Origin: Alphaproteobacteria bacterium
Lineage (GTDB): Bacteria; Pseudomonadota; Alphaproteobacteria; Rhizobiales; Amorphaceae
DNA: 64,000 bases
Reading direction: 5' to 3'
Assembly (NCBI GenBank): GCA_030431335.1
Contig: JAUIJH010000003.1
Coordinates: 5,496-69,495 of the forward strand
Under the pieces are notes generated by a model. That model ran no database searches. It saw nothing but the letters and a program-made list of their open reading frames with translations, and was not told the DNA's origin. Below, piece after piece: positions 9,593 to 19,164 of this stretch (positions are counted from its first letter, which is position 1; every line of letters begins with the position of its first letter). A program made the position numbers and the translations under genes.

Positions 9593-11179
9593 ATGAGACC
9601 GATCCATTGGACCATCGCGTTCGCGCTCGTCGCGGGCACGCCGGCCTTCGCCCAGGATGCGGAGGGTCTGACGGTGGTGTTCGCGGAGGATTCCAACTCC
9701 GACACCACCTTCGATCCGCGCGTGACCCAGTCGCGCCACGAGGAGCAGGTCATCACCCAGATGTTCGACCAGCTCGTGGTGGCCGACTCGACAGCGAAGA
9801 TCTATCCCGGCCTCGCCAAGTCGTGGGAGGTATCGGACGACCAGACCTCGATCACCTTTGCCCTGCGTGACGACGTCACCTTCCACGACGGCACCCCCTT
9901 CAACGCCGAAGCGGTGAAGTTCACGCTCGACAGCATCAAGGACCCGGCGCTCGGCTCCCAGGGCGCGGTGGACATCATGGGCCCCTACGCCTCCTCCGAG
10001 GTGCTCGACGAATTCACGATCAAGGTGACCTACGAGCGTCCGTTCCCGGCCGGGCTCGGCACCTTCACCGAGAACGAGCTGTCGCCCGTCAGCCCGACGG
10101 CGGTGAAGGAAAAGGGCGACAACGGTTTCGCCCAGGCGCCGGTGGGCACCGGGCCGTTCAAGTTCGTGTCCTGGGAAAAGGGCCGCGAAGTCGTCCTTGA
10201 GCGCAACGAGGACTACAACTGGGCGCCCGAGTTCATGGACAACAAGGGTCCGAGCAAGGTCGCGCGGATCATCCACCGCTACGTGCCCGACGCCTCGACC
10301 CGCGTTGCGGCGCTGGAAGCGGGCGAGGTGCAGATCACCGACCTGACGCCGCCGCTCGACATGCAGCGACTGTCCAACTCGGGCGACTTCAAGACCGTGG
10401 TCGCCGTTGCCTCGGGCGTGCCGTTCAGCGCCCCGCTCAACACCTCCAAGGGGCCGTTCGCCGACACCAAGGTGCGCCAGGCATTCATGCACTCGATCAA
10501 CCGGCCGGCGCTGGCGGACAGCCTGTTCTTCGGCTTCGCCGATGCCGCCTACGGGCCGATCTCGAGCGCGACGCCGGAATATTTCGAGGGCGTGGAGGCG
10601 TACTACCCCTACGATCCAGACAAGGCGGCCGCGCTGCTCGACGAGGCCGGCTGGACGATGGGCTCCGGCGGCATCCGCGAGAAGGACGGCGCGCCGCTGT
10701 CGATCTACTTCCCCGCGCTGATGGAGCCGGAGTCGGCGGTGGCGCTGCAGGCCGAGGCGCGCAAGGCGGGCTTCGACGTGACGGTCGAGAACGTCCTGAA
10801 GCAGAAGCAGGACGAGCTCATCCTCAACAACGAGTATGACATGCTGGTGCTGCGCTGGGTGCTCAACGACCCGGCCGTGATGGTCATCCCCTACCACAGC
10901 CGCAACATCCCCGAGCCCGGCACCTTCAAGTTCAACTGGTCGCGCTATTCCAACCCCGAGCTCGACAAGCTGCTCACCGACGCGGCGGCGGCGACCACGC
11001 CGCAGGCGCGCGAACAGCTCTACGCCGATGCCCAGAAGCTGATCATGGAAGAGGCGCTGGTGCTGCCGATCCACGACCAGATCCAGAGCATCGCCTACTC
11101 GGCCGACCTCGACGGCATCCGCTTCGCGCCCGGCAACTGGCAGGTCCGTCTCTACGACGTGCGGCCGGCGGCCGACTGA
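9593..11179 (+). CDS. ABC transporter substrate-binding protein, family 5
   Basis: Sec signal ending PAFA; LRDDVTFHDGTPFNAEAVKF, PVGTGPF, YDPDKAAALLDEAGW; SD AGGAG. Confidence 0.95.
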   Translation: MRPIHWTIAFALVAGTPAFAQDAEGLTVVFAEDSNSDTTFDPRVTQSRHEEQVITQMFDQLVVADSTAKIYPGLAKSWEVSDDQTSITFALRDDVTFHDGTPFNAEAVKFTLDSIKDPALGSQGAVDIMGPYASSEVLDEFTIKVTYERPFPAGLGTFTENELSPVSPTAVKEKGDNGFAQAPVGTGPFKFVSWEKGREVVLERNEDYNWAPEFMDNKGPSKVARIIHRYVPDASTRVAALEAGEVQITDLTPPLDMQRLSNSGDFKTVVAVASGVPFSAPLNTSKGPFADTKVRQAFMHSINRPALADSLFFGFADAAYGPISSATPEYFEGVEAYYPYDPDKAAALLDEAGWTMGSGGIREKDGAPLSIYFPALMEPESAVALQAEARKAGFDVTVENVLKQKQDELILNNEYDMLVLRWVLNDPAVMVIPYHSRNIPEPGTFKFNWSRYSNPELDKLLTDAAAATTPQAREQLYADAQKLIMEEALVLPIHDQIQSIAYSADLDGIRFAPGNWQVRLYDVRPAAD

Positions 11180-11184
11180 GAGGC

Positions 11185-11216
11185 CGGCGGCGCGGGCCCC
11201 ATGACCCGCGCCGCCG
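11185..11216 (+). other. 12-bp GC stem-loop after SBP gene (mRNA stabiliser/attenuator-like)
   Basis: CGGCGGCGCGGG-8 nt-CCCGCGCCGCCG, perfect inverted repeat, no U-tract. Confidence 0.6.
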
Positions 11217-11235
11217 CAAGCCGGACGCATCCCCG

Positions 11236-12162
11236 ATGACCTATTTCCTGCGCAGGCTGATCACCATCGTCCCGGTGCTGTTCATCGCCTGGACGCTGGT
11301 GTTCCTGGTGCTTCAGGTGATCCCGGGCGACCCGGTGAACCTGATGCTGGCCGGCCGCCCGGCTTCCGAGGAGGTGCGGGCGAACGAGCGCAAGCGGCTC
11401 GGCCTCGACCGGCCGGTGCTGGAACGCTACGTGCTGTTCCTCGCCAACGCCGCGCAGGGCGATCTGGGCGAGAGCTACCGCACGCGCCAGCCGGTCGGCA
11501 CCATGATCCTGGAGCAGGCGGGGCCCACCCTGCGGCTCGCGCTGGGCGGGCTGATCGTCGGCGTGGTGGTGGGCATCGTCCTCGGCATTCTCGCCGGAAT
11601 GCGCCCCAACACCTGGATCGATACCACCTGCATGATGCTGGCGCTGGCGGGCGTGTCTCTGCCGAGTTTCTGGATCGGCATGCTGCTCATCTACGTGTTC
11701 GGGATGACGCTCGGCTGGGCGCCCATCGTCGGCGGCGGCTTCGCGGCGCTGATCCTGCCTTCCATCACGGTGGGCCTCTACATCGCCGGCGGCTTCGCGC
11801 GGCTGGTGCGCTCCTCCATCATCGAGGCGCTCAACCAGGACTATATCCGGACCGCGCGGGCCAAGGGACTCGGGCCGGCCAAGGTGGTGCTGAAGCACGC
11901 GCTGCGCAACGCGATGATACCGCCGGTGACGCTGCTCGGCGTGCAGATCGCCGTGCTGATCGGCGGCGCGGTGGTGACGGAGAATGTCTTCGCCCGGCCG
12001 GGGCTCGGCACGATGCTGGTGCAGGCGGTGCTGTCCAAGGATCTGCCGCTGGTGCAGGCGCTGGTGGTCTACACCACAGCGGCCTATGTCATCATCAACG
12101 TGGCGATCGACATGCTGTACGGGCTGATCGATCCGCGCATCGCGGCTGGGCGGGGCGCATGA
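11236..12162 (+). CDS. ABC permease DppB/OppB-like
   Basis: IPGDP, GDLGESY, EAA loop QDYIRTARAKGL, HALRNAMIP, LIDPRI. Confidence 0.95.
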   Translation: MTYFLRRLITIVPVLFIAWTLVFLVLQVIPGDPVNLMLAGRPASEEVRANERKRLGLDRPVLERYVLFLANAAQGDLGESYRTRQPVGTMILEQAGPTLRLALGGLIVGVVVGIVLGILAGMRPNTWIDTTCMMLALAGVSLPSFWIGMLLIYVFGMTLGWAPIVGGGFAALILPSITVGLYIAGGFARLVRSSIIEALNQDYIRTARAKGLGPAKVVLKHALRNAMIPPVTLLGVQIAVLIGGAVVTENVFARPGLGTMLVQAVLSKDLPLVQALVVYTTAAYVIINVAIDMLYGLIDPRIAAGRGA

Positions 12163-13043
12163 GCGTAACCGCCGCCCCAGCGGGCGAGCCGCGCCGCCGC
12201 TCGCGGCGCCTGCGCACCGTGCGGCGCTTCTTCCGCCATCCCGGCGCGACGGGGGCGGTCGTCGTCCTTGTGCTGCTGGTGGTGGGCGCGATCTTCGCGC
12301 CGCTCATCGCCCCGTACGATTTCGTCGCCACCGACATGCTGGCGCGCCTCAAGCCGCCGAGTGCGGAACATCTGTTCGGCACCGATCTGCATGGGCGGGA
12401 CATCTTCTCGCGGATGCTGTTCGGGGCGCGCTACTCGCTGGCGGTGGGGTTCGCCACCGTGGCGCTGGCGCTGGTGGTGGGGGCGAGCGTCGGCATCCTG
12501 ATCGGCTATACGGGCGGGCGGGTCGACGAGTGGGGCTCGCGCTTCCTCGACGTGCTGCTCGGCTTTCCCGCCATCGTGATGGCCATCCTGGTGGTGGCGG
12601 TGCTCGGCGTCGGGCTCGTCAACGTGGTGATCGCGGTGGCGATCAGCCACATGCCGCGCTTCGCGCGCGTGGTGCGCGGGGCGGTGCTCGTCACCAAGGA
12701 GCAGCTTTACGTGGAATCGGCGCAGGCGCTGGGGGCGAGCCGGCTGCGCATCATGGCGCGCCACGTTTTCCCCAACATCGTGCCGACCTTGATCGTGCTC
12801 GGCACGCTCGACCTCGGCAATGCCATTTTGGGCACGGCTACGTTGTCCTTTCTCGGCCTCGGCGCGCAGCCGCCGACTCCCGAGTGGGGCGCCATGCTCA
12901 ACTCCGGCCGCGAATATATGCGCTACGCGCCCTGGTTGATGTTGTTTCCCGGCCTCGCCCTGTTCATTACCGTGATGGCGGTGAACCTCCTGGGCGACCG
13001 GCTCGCCCAGGTGCTCGACCCCCGCGCCAAGGACCGTGCATGA
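12159..13043 (+). CDS. ABC permease DppC/OppC-like
   Basis: HLFGTDLHGRDIFSR, YVESAQALGAS, GLGAQPPTPEWG, LDPR. Confidence 0.95.
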   Translation: MSVTAAPAGEPRRRSRRLRTVRRFFRHPGATGAVVVLVLLVVGAIFAPLIAPYDFVATDMLARLKPPSAEHLFGTDLHGRDIFSRMLFGARYSLAVGFATVALALVVGASVGILIGYTGGRVDEWGSRFLDVLLGFPAIVMAILVVAVLGVGLVNVVIAVAISHMPRFARVVRGAVLVTKEQLYVESAQALGASRLRIMARHVFPNIVPTLIVLGTLDLGNAILGTATLSFLGLGAQPPTPEWGAMLNSGREYMRYAPWLMLFPGLALFITVMAVNLLGDRLAQVLDPRAKDRA

Positions 13044-13942
13044 ACGATATGCCTCGCGACCTCGTCGGCTACGGCGCCAACCCGCCGGACATCACCTGGC
13101 CGAACGGCGCGCGGGTCGCGGTCAACTTCGTGATGAATTTCGAGGAAGGCTCGGAGTACGCCATCGGCAACGGCGACGGGCGCTCCGAAGCCTCGCTGAC
13201 CGAGGTGGCCGCCTCGCGCGTGCCGCGCGGCGAGCGCGACCTCGCGGCCGAATCGATGTTCGAATACGGCAGCCGCATCGGCTTCTGGCGCCTGCGCCGC
13301 GTGTTCCAGGAGCGCGGCGTGCCGCTCACCGTGTTCGCCTGCGCGCAGGCGCTGGAGCGCCACCCGCCGGCCGCCGAGGCGATCCGCGAGGCGGGGTGGG
13401 ACATCTGCTGCCACGGCTGGCGCTGGGTGGAGCACTACCTCCTGTCGGAGGCCGAGGAGCGCGAGCACATCGCCCGCGCCGTCGCCTCGCTGGAGGAAAC
13501 GCTGGGTGCCCCGCCGGCCGGCTGGTATTGCCGCTACGGGCCGAGCGTCAACACGCGCCGCCTGGTGGTGGCGCACGGCGGCTTCCTCTACGACAGCGAC
13601 GCCTACAACGACGACCTGCCCTACTGGACGACGGTGGACGGCGCGCCGCACCTGGTGGTGCCCTACTCGCTCGTCAACAACGACGCCAAGCTCACCGGCC
13701 TGGTGACGGGCGAGGATTTCGAGCGCTTCCTGCGCGATGCGCTCGATCTGCTGCGCCACGAGGCGGACGAACGGGCGAGCATGATGTCGGTGGGAATGCA
13801 CATGCGTCTGCTCGGCCACCCGGCGCGCGCATCCGGCCTCGCCCGGTTCCTCGACTATGTCGGCGGCCTGTCCGATGTGTGGATCGCCGGGCGCGCCGAC
13901 ATCGCCCGGCACTTCTCGGCCTGCGTCCCGGCCCCGGCATGA
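13040..13942 (+). CDS. puuE: PuuE-type allantoinase / polysaccharide deacetylase-fold hydrolase
   Basis: ATGA overlap; RDLVGYG, WPNGARVAVNFVMNFEEGSE, SMFEYGSRIGFWRL, CHGWRW, YDSDAYNDDLPYW, MMSVGMHMRLLGHPAR. Confidence 0.85.
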   Translation: MNDMPRDLVGYGANPPDITWPNGARVAVNFVMNFEEGSEYAIGNGDGRSEASLTEVAASRVPRGERDLAAESMFEYGSRIGFWRLRRVFQERGVPLTVFACAQALERHPPAAEAIREAGWDICCHGWRWVEHYLLSEAEEREHIARAVASLEETLGAPPAGWYCRYGPSVNTRRLVVAHGGFLYDSDAYNDDLPYWTTVDGAPHLVVPYSLVNNDAKLTGLVTGEDFERFLRDALDLLRHEADERASMMSVGMHMRLLGHPARASGLARFLDYVGGLSDVWIAGRADIARHFSACVPAPA

Positions 13943-14424
13943 CGATGCGCACCCTCACCATCGAGCCGGTCACCGCGGAGGCCTTCGCCCCCTTCGGCGC
14001 ACTGATCCTGCCGCCGGAACAGCCAGGCGAGCGCGCCTTCTATTCCGACTGGCTGGCCGAGCCGGCCCCCGTCCCCCTCCAGATGCACCTCAACACGGTG
14101 GAGCCGAGCGCACTGCCGGTGACGCTCATCGAGGCCGAGCGCCATCCCGCCGCGGCACAGGCGTTCGTGCCGGTGGATGTCGCCATCTATCTCGTCGTGG
14201 TGTTCGGGGCGGCGGACGAGCCCAATCTCGCCGGGGCTCGCGCCTTCCTGGTGCCGGGCACGGTGGGCGTGGTGTTCGCGCCGGGGGTCTGGCACGCCAG
14301 CGCCACCGTTCTGGTGGAGAAAGCGCATTTCTGCGTCCTGATGCGGCGTCGCAACGACGGCAGCGACGACGTGTTCGCGCCGCTCGACGAACCGTTAAGG
14401 ATCGAGAGTGCAATATTGGGCTGA
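13939..14424 (+). CDS. Ureidoglycolate lyase (AllA)-like cupin
   Basis: ATGA overlap; TAEAFAPFG, ERHPAAAQAFVP, ARAF, PGVWH. Confidence 0.8.
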   Translation: MTMRTLTIEPVTAEAFAPFGALILPPEQPGERAFYSDWLAEPAPVPLQMHLNTVEPSALPVTLIEAERHPAAAQAFVPVDVAIYLVVVFGAADEPNLAGARAFLVPGTVGVVFAPGVWHASATVLVEKAHFCVLMRRRNDGSDDVFAPLDEPLRIESAILG

Positions 14425-14568
14425 ATTGCGGCTGGTGGCGCGGACGTGAGCAGTTGTTGCCTAACGTTTGGTCGGGCGGATATAACAGCGCGATAGGTCG
14501 ACCGGTTAGCTCCATCCCACAAGGCAGCCGCCCGCGGACGACGAGTTTCACGCGCTTGGAATGGAGCC

Positions 14569-14685
14569 ATGACAAACCAGCACCGGCGGCCTCGACATGT
14601 GTTTGCCCTGTCGCGCGCCATCGGCGGCGGGGGTGAGGCTCGACGCTCCCTCGCGCCGGACGGCAGCAACGGAGCCCCAGCATGA
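14569..14685 (+). CDS. Putative 38-aa leader ORF coupled to GntR (MTNQHRRPRHVFALSRAIGGGGEARRSLAPDGSNGAPA)
   Basis: GGAG 4-5 nt upstream of ATG 14569; stop TGA overlaps the GntR ATG (ATGA). No homology recognised. Confidence 0.3.
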   Translation: MTNQHRRPRHVFALSRAIGGGGEARRSLAPDGSNGAPA

Positions 14686-15380
14686 ACGCGCCATTGACCG
14701 TTTCCACCGACACGGCGACGGAGCGTGTGCGCGACCGGATGCGCAGCGAAATTCTCGACGGTGCGTTCCAGCCGGGCGCGCGGCTGAAGATCGTGGAGAT
14801 CGCGGCGCGGTACGGCATCAGCCCGATCCCCGTGCGGGAGGCGATGCGCCTCCTCGCCGGCGAGGGGCTGATCGAGATGATCGCCCATCGCGGTGCCGTG
14901 GTGCGCCAGGTCGACCGCAACTTCGTCATCGACATGTACGACATCCGTGCCGCGCTGGAGGGGATGCTGGCGGAGCGGGCGATTGCCGTCATGCGCCCGG
15001 CCACGATGAAGCTCATTCGCGCCGCCGCGGCCGACTATGCGAAGGCCGCGTCGAAGCTGAAAATGCGGGCGCTGTCCGACGCCAACGCGGCCTTCCACGG
15101 CGAGATCAACGAGTCGGGCAACAACCCGGAAGCTGCGCGCATGGTGGTGGGCAGCACCGCCATGATCCGCGCGATGCGGCAGCGCATCGGCATGAGCCCG
15201 GAGCGGGCGGCGATCAACATCGCCCAGCACGCGGCCATCGTCGCCGCGCTGGAGGCCAAGGATGCCGGCGCCGCCGCGGCGGCCGTGCGCATTCACTGCA
15301 TCACCGGGCGCGACGACCTCCTCGCCCATTGGGATGCCGAGGCGGACGTTCCGCGGCGCAAGGCGTCGGCGGGAAGCTGA
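14682..15380 (+). CDS. GntR family regulator (FCD domain)
   Basis: EILDGAFQPGARL, YGISPIPVREAMRLLAGEGLI wHTH; NAAFHGEI and QHAAIVAAL FCD motifs. Confidence 0.95.
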   Translation: MNAPLTVSTDTATERVRDRMRSEILDGAFQPGARLKIVEIAARYGISPIPVREAMRLLAGEGLIEMIAHRGAVVRQVDRNFVIDMYDIRAALEGMLAERAIAVMRPATMKLIRAAAADYAKAASKLKMRALSDANAAFHGEINESGNNPEAARMVVGSTAMIRAMRQRIGMSPERAAINIAQHAAIVAALEAKDAGAAAAAVRIHCITGRDDLLAHWDAEADVPRRKASAGS

Positions 15381-15384
15381 CGCT

Positions 15385-16110
15385 TCAGCGCGCAGCCGGC
15401 GCCCGGCTGAGCTGCCAGGCATCGAGGCGCTCGCCGGAGCGCGCCACGCGGCGCGCGGCGAGGGCGACGAAGGCCGGGGCGAGCTCCGCCGGATCCACCC
15501 ACTTCGCCTTGAGCGCGGCGTCGTAATTGCGCTCCGACATCGGCGTCTTCATGTACATGCCCGGTGTGATGGTGTTGACGGCGATGCCCAGCGGCGCCCC
15601 CTCAATCGCGAGCGACTTCATCAGCCCCTCCAGCCCGTGCTTGGCCGCGCAATAGGCGCTTTCGTCCGCAAATCCCTCGATGCCCGAGCGCGAGGAGACG
15701 TAGACGACGGCGCCGCCGCCATTCGCCGCCATGCCCGGCCACACCGCGCGGGTCAGCAGGAACGCGGCGAGGAGGCCGACGTCGACGGTGCGGCGCCAGT
15801 CCTCGAGGTCCATCGCGGCGAAGGGCTTGGGTGTCAGCACCGCCGCGTTGTGGATGAGGGTTGCCGCGGGGTCGGTATCGAGCCGCGCTTCTTCGAGCGC
15901 GGCCGCGGTCGCGTCGCCGTCCGACAGGTCGACGGCGATGGATTGGTGCCCGCCCGCCAGGGTCGCAGCCAGGGAGGCGAGGCCGTCGGCGTCGCGGTCG
16001 AGGAGGAGGAGGCGGGCGCCGGCGGCGGCGAGCGCCACGGCCACGGCGCGGCCGAGCCCCTGCGCCGCGCCGGTGAGCACGATCCGCTGGCCCGCCAGCA
16101 CCTGGCTCAC
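15385..16110 (-). CDS. SDR oxidoreductase
   Basis: GTG start overlapping the Gfo stop; TGAAQGLG, HNAA, YVSS, YCAAK. Confidence 0.92.
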   Translation of the reverse strand: MSQVLAGQRIVLTGAAQGLGRAVAVALAAAGARLLLLDRDADGLASLAATLAGGHQSIAVDLSDGDATAAALEEARLDTDPAATLIHNAAVLTPKPFAAMDLEDWRRTVDVGLLAAFLLTRAVWPGMAANGGGAVVYVSSRSGIEGFADESAYCAAKHGLEGLMKSLAIEGAPLGIAVNTITPGMYMKTPMSERNYDAALKAKWVDPAELAPAFVALAARRVARSGERLDAWQLSRAPAAR

Positions 16111-17180
16111 GCCATCTCGCTCATGGCGATCCAGCGCCGCTCGCGCCCGGAGCGCTTGACCGCGTCGAGCACCATCTGGTTGCGCCAGCCGTCGAGGAAT
16201 GTGGCACCCTCGGCCGGCGGGCGGCCCTCGGCGATGGCGGCCGCCAGCTCTCGCATCAGGGCCACCACCGACACGTTCCAGATGCCTTTGTTGACGCCCT
16301 CCAGCGCCGCGTTGGGATCGTCGACGCCGATATCCTCGAACGGCTCGCCGGCCCGCGCGAACTTCACGGACTCGCTGCTGTTCTCGATGATGATGGTGCC
16401 CTCGCTGCCGAAGATCTCCACCGTGTTGTCGAGCCCGTGCCGCGCCACGCCCGACAGGAACACGCTGACGAGCGGGCCTTGCTCCATTTCCAGCATGAAG
16501 TGGACGGTGTCGTCGGCCGTCGCGGTCCAGGCTTCGCCCGTGGTCTTGTCCTTGCGCTCCGGCACCAGGGTGAGGGCCTGGCCCGAGACGGCGGCCACCT
16601 CGCCGAGCCACCAGCGGATGAGGTCCACCTGGTGCGAGCCATTGGCGCCGAGCCGGCCGCCGCCCTCCGCCTCGCTCGACCACCAGTCGCCCTTCGGCCG
16701 CGAGGCCGGGTCGCCCCATGCCGCCGTGATGTTGGCGACATTCACGTGCCGCACCGTGCCGAGTGCGCCGGAGCGGATCAACTCGCGCACGCGGCGGCGG
16801 TTGGGGTTGAAGCGCAGCTCGTGGTCGATCATGTGGACGCGGCCCTTGGCCTCGGCGGCGTCGAGCATCGCCTTGGCCTCGCCGGCGTCCATGGCGGTGG
16901 GTTTTTCGCACAGGACGTGGGCGCCCTTGTCGAGCGCGGCCAGCGTCATCGCCGCATGCGTCACGGTGGGGGTGGCGATGGCGACGAGGTCGAACGCGTG
17001 CGCGTCCAGCATCGCCTGCCAGTCGTCGTAGGCATGGGGCACGCCGTAGGCGTCGGCGGCGGCGCGGGCGCTCTCGAGCCGCGCGCTGGCGATGGCGACC
17101 ACTTTAGCGCCCTCCACATGGGCGAGCGCCGGCAGGTAGGCGGCCTTGGCGAAGCTCGCGCCGATGATCCCGACCTTCAT
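16107..17180 (-). CDS. Gfo/Idh/MocA family oxidoreductase
   Basis: MKVGIIG, IATPT..H, HVLCEKP, GGGRLGANGSHQVD, EIFGSEGTI. Confidence 0.92.
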   Translation of the reverse strand: MKVGIIGASFAKAAYLPALAHVEGAKVVAIASARLESARAAADAYGVPHAYDDWQAMLDAHAFDLVAIATPTVTHAAMTLAALDKGAHVLCEKPTAMDAGEAKAMLDAAEAKGRVHMIDHELRFNPNRRRVRELIRSGALGTVRHVNVANITAAWGDPASRPKGDWWSSEAEGGGRLGANGSHQVDLIRWWLGEVAAVSGQALTLVPERKDKTTGEAWTATADDTVHFMLEMEQGPLVSVFLSGVARHGLDNTVEIFGSEGTIIIENSSESVKFARAGEPFEDIGVDDPNAALEGVNKGIWNVSVVALMRELAAAIAEGRPPAEGATFLDGWRNQMVLDAVKRSGRERRWIAMSEMA

Positions 17181-17201
17181 GGTGTCTCCTTTTTGGTCTC
17201 G

Positions 17202-18134
17202 TTATCCGTTCTCGCCGAGGCGAGGATCGAGGAAGTCGCGCAGCCAGTCGCCCAGGATGTTGAACGACAGCACCGTCAGCATGATGGCGACACCCGGGAA
17301 GGTGGCGAGCCACCAGCGGCCGGCGAGCAGCTGGTCGCGGCTTTCCGCCAGCATTCCGCCCCAGGTCGGCACCGTGGGCGGCACCCCCAGCCCGAGGAAG
17401 GACAGCGCCGCCTCCGCCAGGATGACGCTCGCCACGTTGAACGAGGCGATCACCGTGAGCGGAGCGAGGATGTTGGGCAAGATGGTGCGGAACAGAATGC
17501 TTGAGGTGCTGGCGCCGAGCGCGCGGGCGGCCTCCACATAGTCCTTCTCGCGCTGCGAGATGGTCTGACCCCGCGCGATACGCGCATACGTCACCCACTG
17601 GCCGATACCCAGGATGAGCACGAGGTTGACGACGCCCGGACCGAGCACGACCAGGAACATGATGGCCAGCAGGATGAACGGAAACGCGAGCTGAATGTCC
17701 GCAAGCCGCATGATGACATCGTCGATCCAGCCGCCGAAATAGCCCGCCACCATGCCGAGCACGATGCCGATGGCCCCGCCGATGAACACGGCGGTCAGCC
17801 CCACCACCAGCGAGATGCGCGCGCCGTAGATCAGCCGCGAGAGCACGTCGCGCCCGAGCGCATCGGTGCCCAGCACATACTCCACCTTGCCGGCGCGGTT
17901 CTCCGTCAGCGGCTCCTTGAGCCGCGCGATGATATTCTGCCGGTTCGGATCCTTCGGCGCCAGCTCCGGCCCGAACGCCGCCGCGAAGGTGACGCCGACG
18001 AGGATCAGCAGCGCGAAGATCGGCCAGCCGCCGCGCACCATCGAGCGCCACGCCCGGCGCCACTCGCGCCGGGGCGGGCCGGCGTCCTCGGCGAACCCGT
18101 CTACCTCGTCCTCTTCGATATCCTGCGAACTCAT
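17202..18134 (-). CDS. ABC permease DppC/OppC-like
   Basis: Start MSSQDIE; LGTDALGRDVLSRLIYGARISL, YVEAARALGAS, GLGVPPTVPTWG. Confidence 0.95.
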   Translation of the reverse strand: MSSQDIEEDEVDGFAEDAGPPRREWRRAWRSMVRGGWPIFALLILVGVTFAAAFGPELAPKDPNRQNIIARLKEPLTENRAGKVEYVLGTDALGRDVLSRLIYGARISLVVGLTAVFIGGAIGIVLGMVAGYFGGWIDDVIMRLADIQLAFPFILLAIMFLVVLGPGVVNLVLILGIGQWVTYARIARGQTISQREKDYVEAARALGASTSSILFRTILPNILAPLTVIASFNVASVILAEAALSFLGLGVPPTVPTWGGMLAESRDQLLAGRWWLATFPGVAIMLTVLSFNILGDWLRDFLDPRLGENG

Positions 18135-19108
18135 CGGAGGCGGATCCGGGGGTCGAGCCACGCATAGACGAGGTCGACGGCAAGGTTGAGCAGCACGAAG
18201 ACGAACGAGAAGATCACCACCGCGGTCTGCACCAACGGAATGTCGCGCTGGTTGATGGCATTGAACACCAGCCGCCCGACGCCGGGCCAGGAGAAGATCG
18301 TCTCCACCACCACGACCCCCGACAGGAGGAAGCCGAACTCGAGGCCGATCATGGTGACGACGGGAAGCCACGCATTGCGCAGCGCATGGTCGGAGATGAC
18401 GCGCCGCTCGGCGAGGCCCTTGGCGCGGGCCGTGCGCACGAAATCCTGCGACAGGACCTCCAGCATCGAGGAGCGCACCAGCCGCGCGTTGCGCGACAGC
18501 GAGAACAGCGCGATCGTGAAGGCCGGCATGATGAGATAGGGCACGGCGGCGGGAATGTTGCGCAGGCCCTCCAGCACGTGGCCCTCCAGGATCGGCTTCA
18601 ACACCGGCACGTGCCCGGAGATCGGCAGCCAGCCGAGGCCGAGCCCGACGAACAGGATCAGCATGATGCCGAGCCAGAAGCTGGGGATCGACTGGCCGAT
18701 GATGGCGAGCGTCATGATGGTGCCGTCGGTGGGGCGCCCGCGCCGCCGCGCCGCCATCACGCCGAGCGGAATGGCGCCAAAGATGGCGATCACCATGGCG
18801 ACCGCGGTGAGCTCGATGGTGGCGGGGAAGCGCTCCAGCACCACGTCGAGGGCCGGGGTGCGGTAGCTGAGGCTTTCGCCGAAGTCGCCCTGCGCCAGGT
18901 TCGCGACGAAGGTCAGATACTGCACGTAGTACGGCCGGTCGAAGCCGAGCTTCTGGCGGGCGAGGGCGATCTCCTCGTCGCTCGCCCGCTCGCTGACGTA
19001 AAGATACGTCGGGTCGCCGGACATTTGCAGCGCGGTGAAGCTGATGAGCGTCACGCCGATGATGACGATGACGCTCTGGATCAGCCGTCGGACGATATAG
19101 GTCCACAT
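18131..19108 (-). CDS. ABC permease DppB/OppB-like
   Basis: SGDP, GDFGESL, SQDFVRTARAKGL, HALRNAWLP, LDPRI. Confidence 0.95.
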   Translation of the reverse strand: MWTYIVRRLIQSVIVIIGVTLISFTALQMSGDPTYLYVSERASDEEIALARQKLGFDRPYYVQYLTFVANLAQGDFGESLSYRTPALDVVLERFPATIELTAVAMVIAIFGAIPLGVMAARRRGRPTDGTIMTLAIIGQSIPSFWLGIMLILFVGLGLGWLPISGHVPVLKPILEGHVLEGLRNIPAAVPYLIMPAFTIALFSLSRNARLVRSSMLEVLSQDFVRTARAKGLAERRVISDHALRNAWLPVVTMIGLEFGFLLSGVVVVETIFSWPGVGRLVFNAINQRDIPLVQTAVVIFSFVFVLLNLAVDLVYAWLDPRIRLR

Positions 19109-19164
19109 GGCGACGTGCCGGGCCGTCCTGCCGGGCCGCGCGAGGCGGCCGGGCCGGGGGCTGG

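Noticed and set aside
14496-14503. GGTCGACC as a fifth operator site
   Set aside because: It has the core only; the AT-rich flank is out of register, and GTCGAC is common in this DNA. Kept only as a weak mention.
14540-14556. GCGGACGACG resembling a guanidine-II (mini-ykkC) ACGA loop
   Set aside because: The flanks do not form the required stem and there is no second hairpin.
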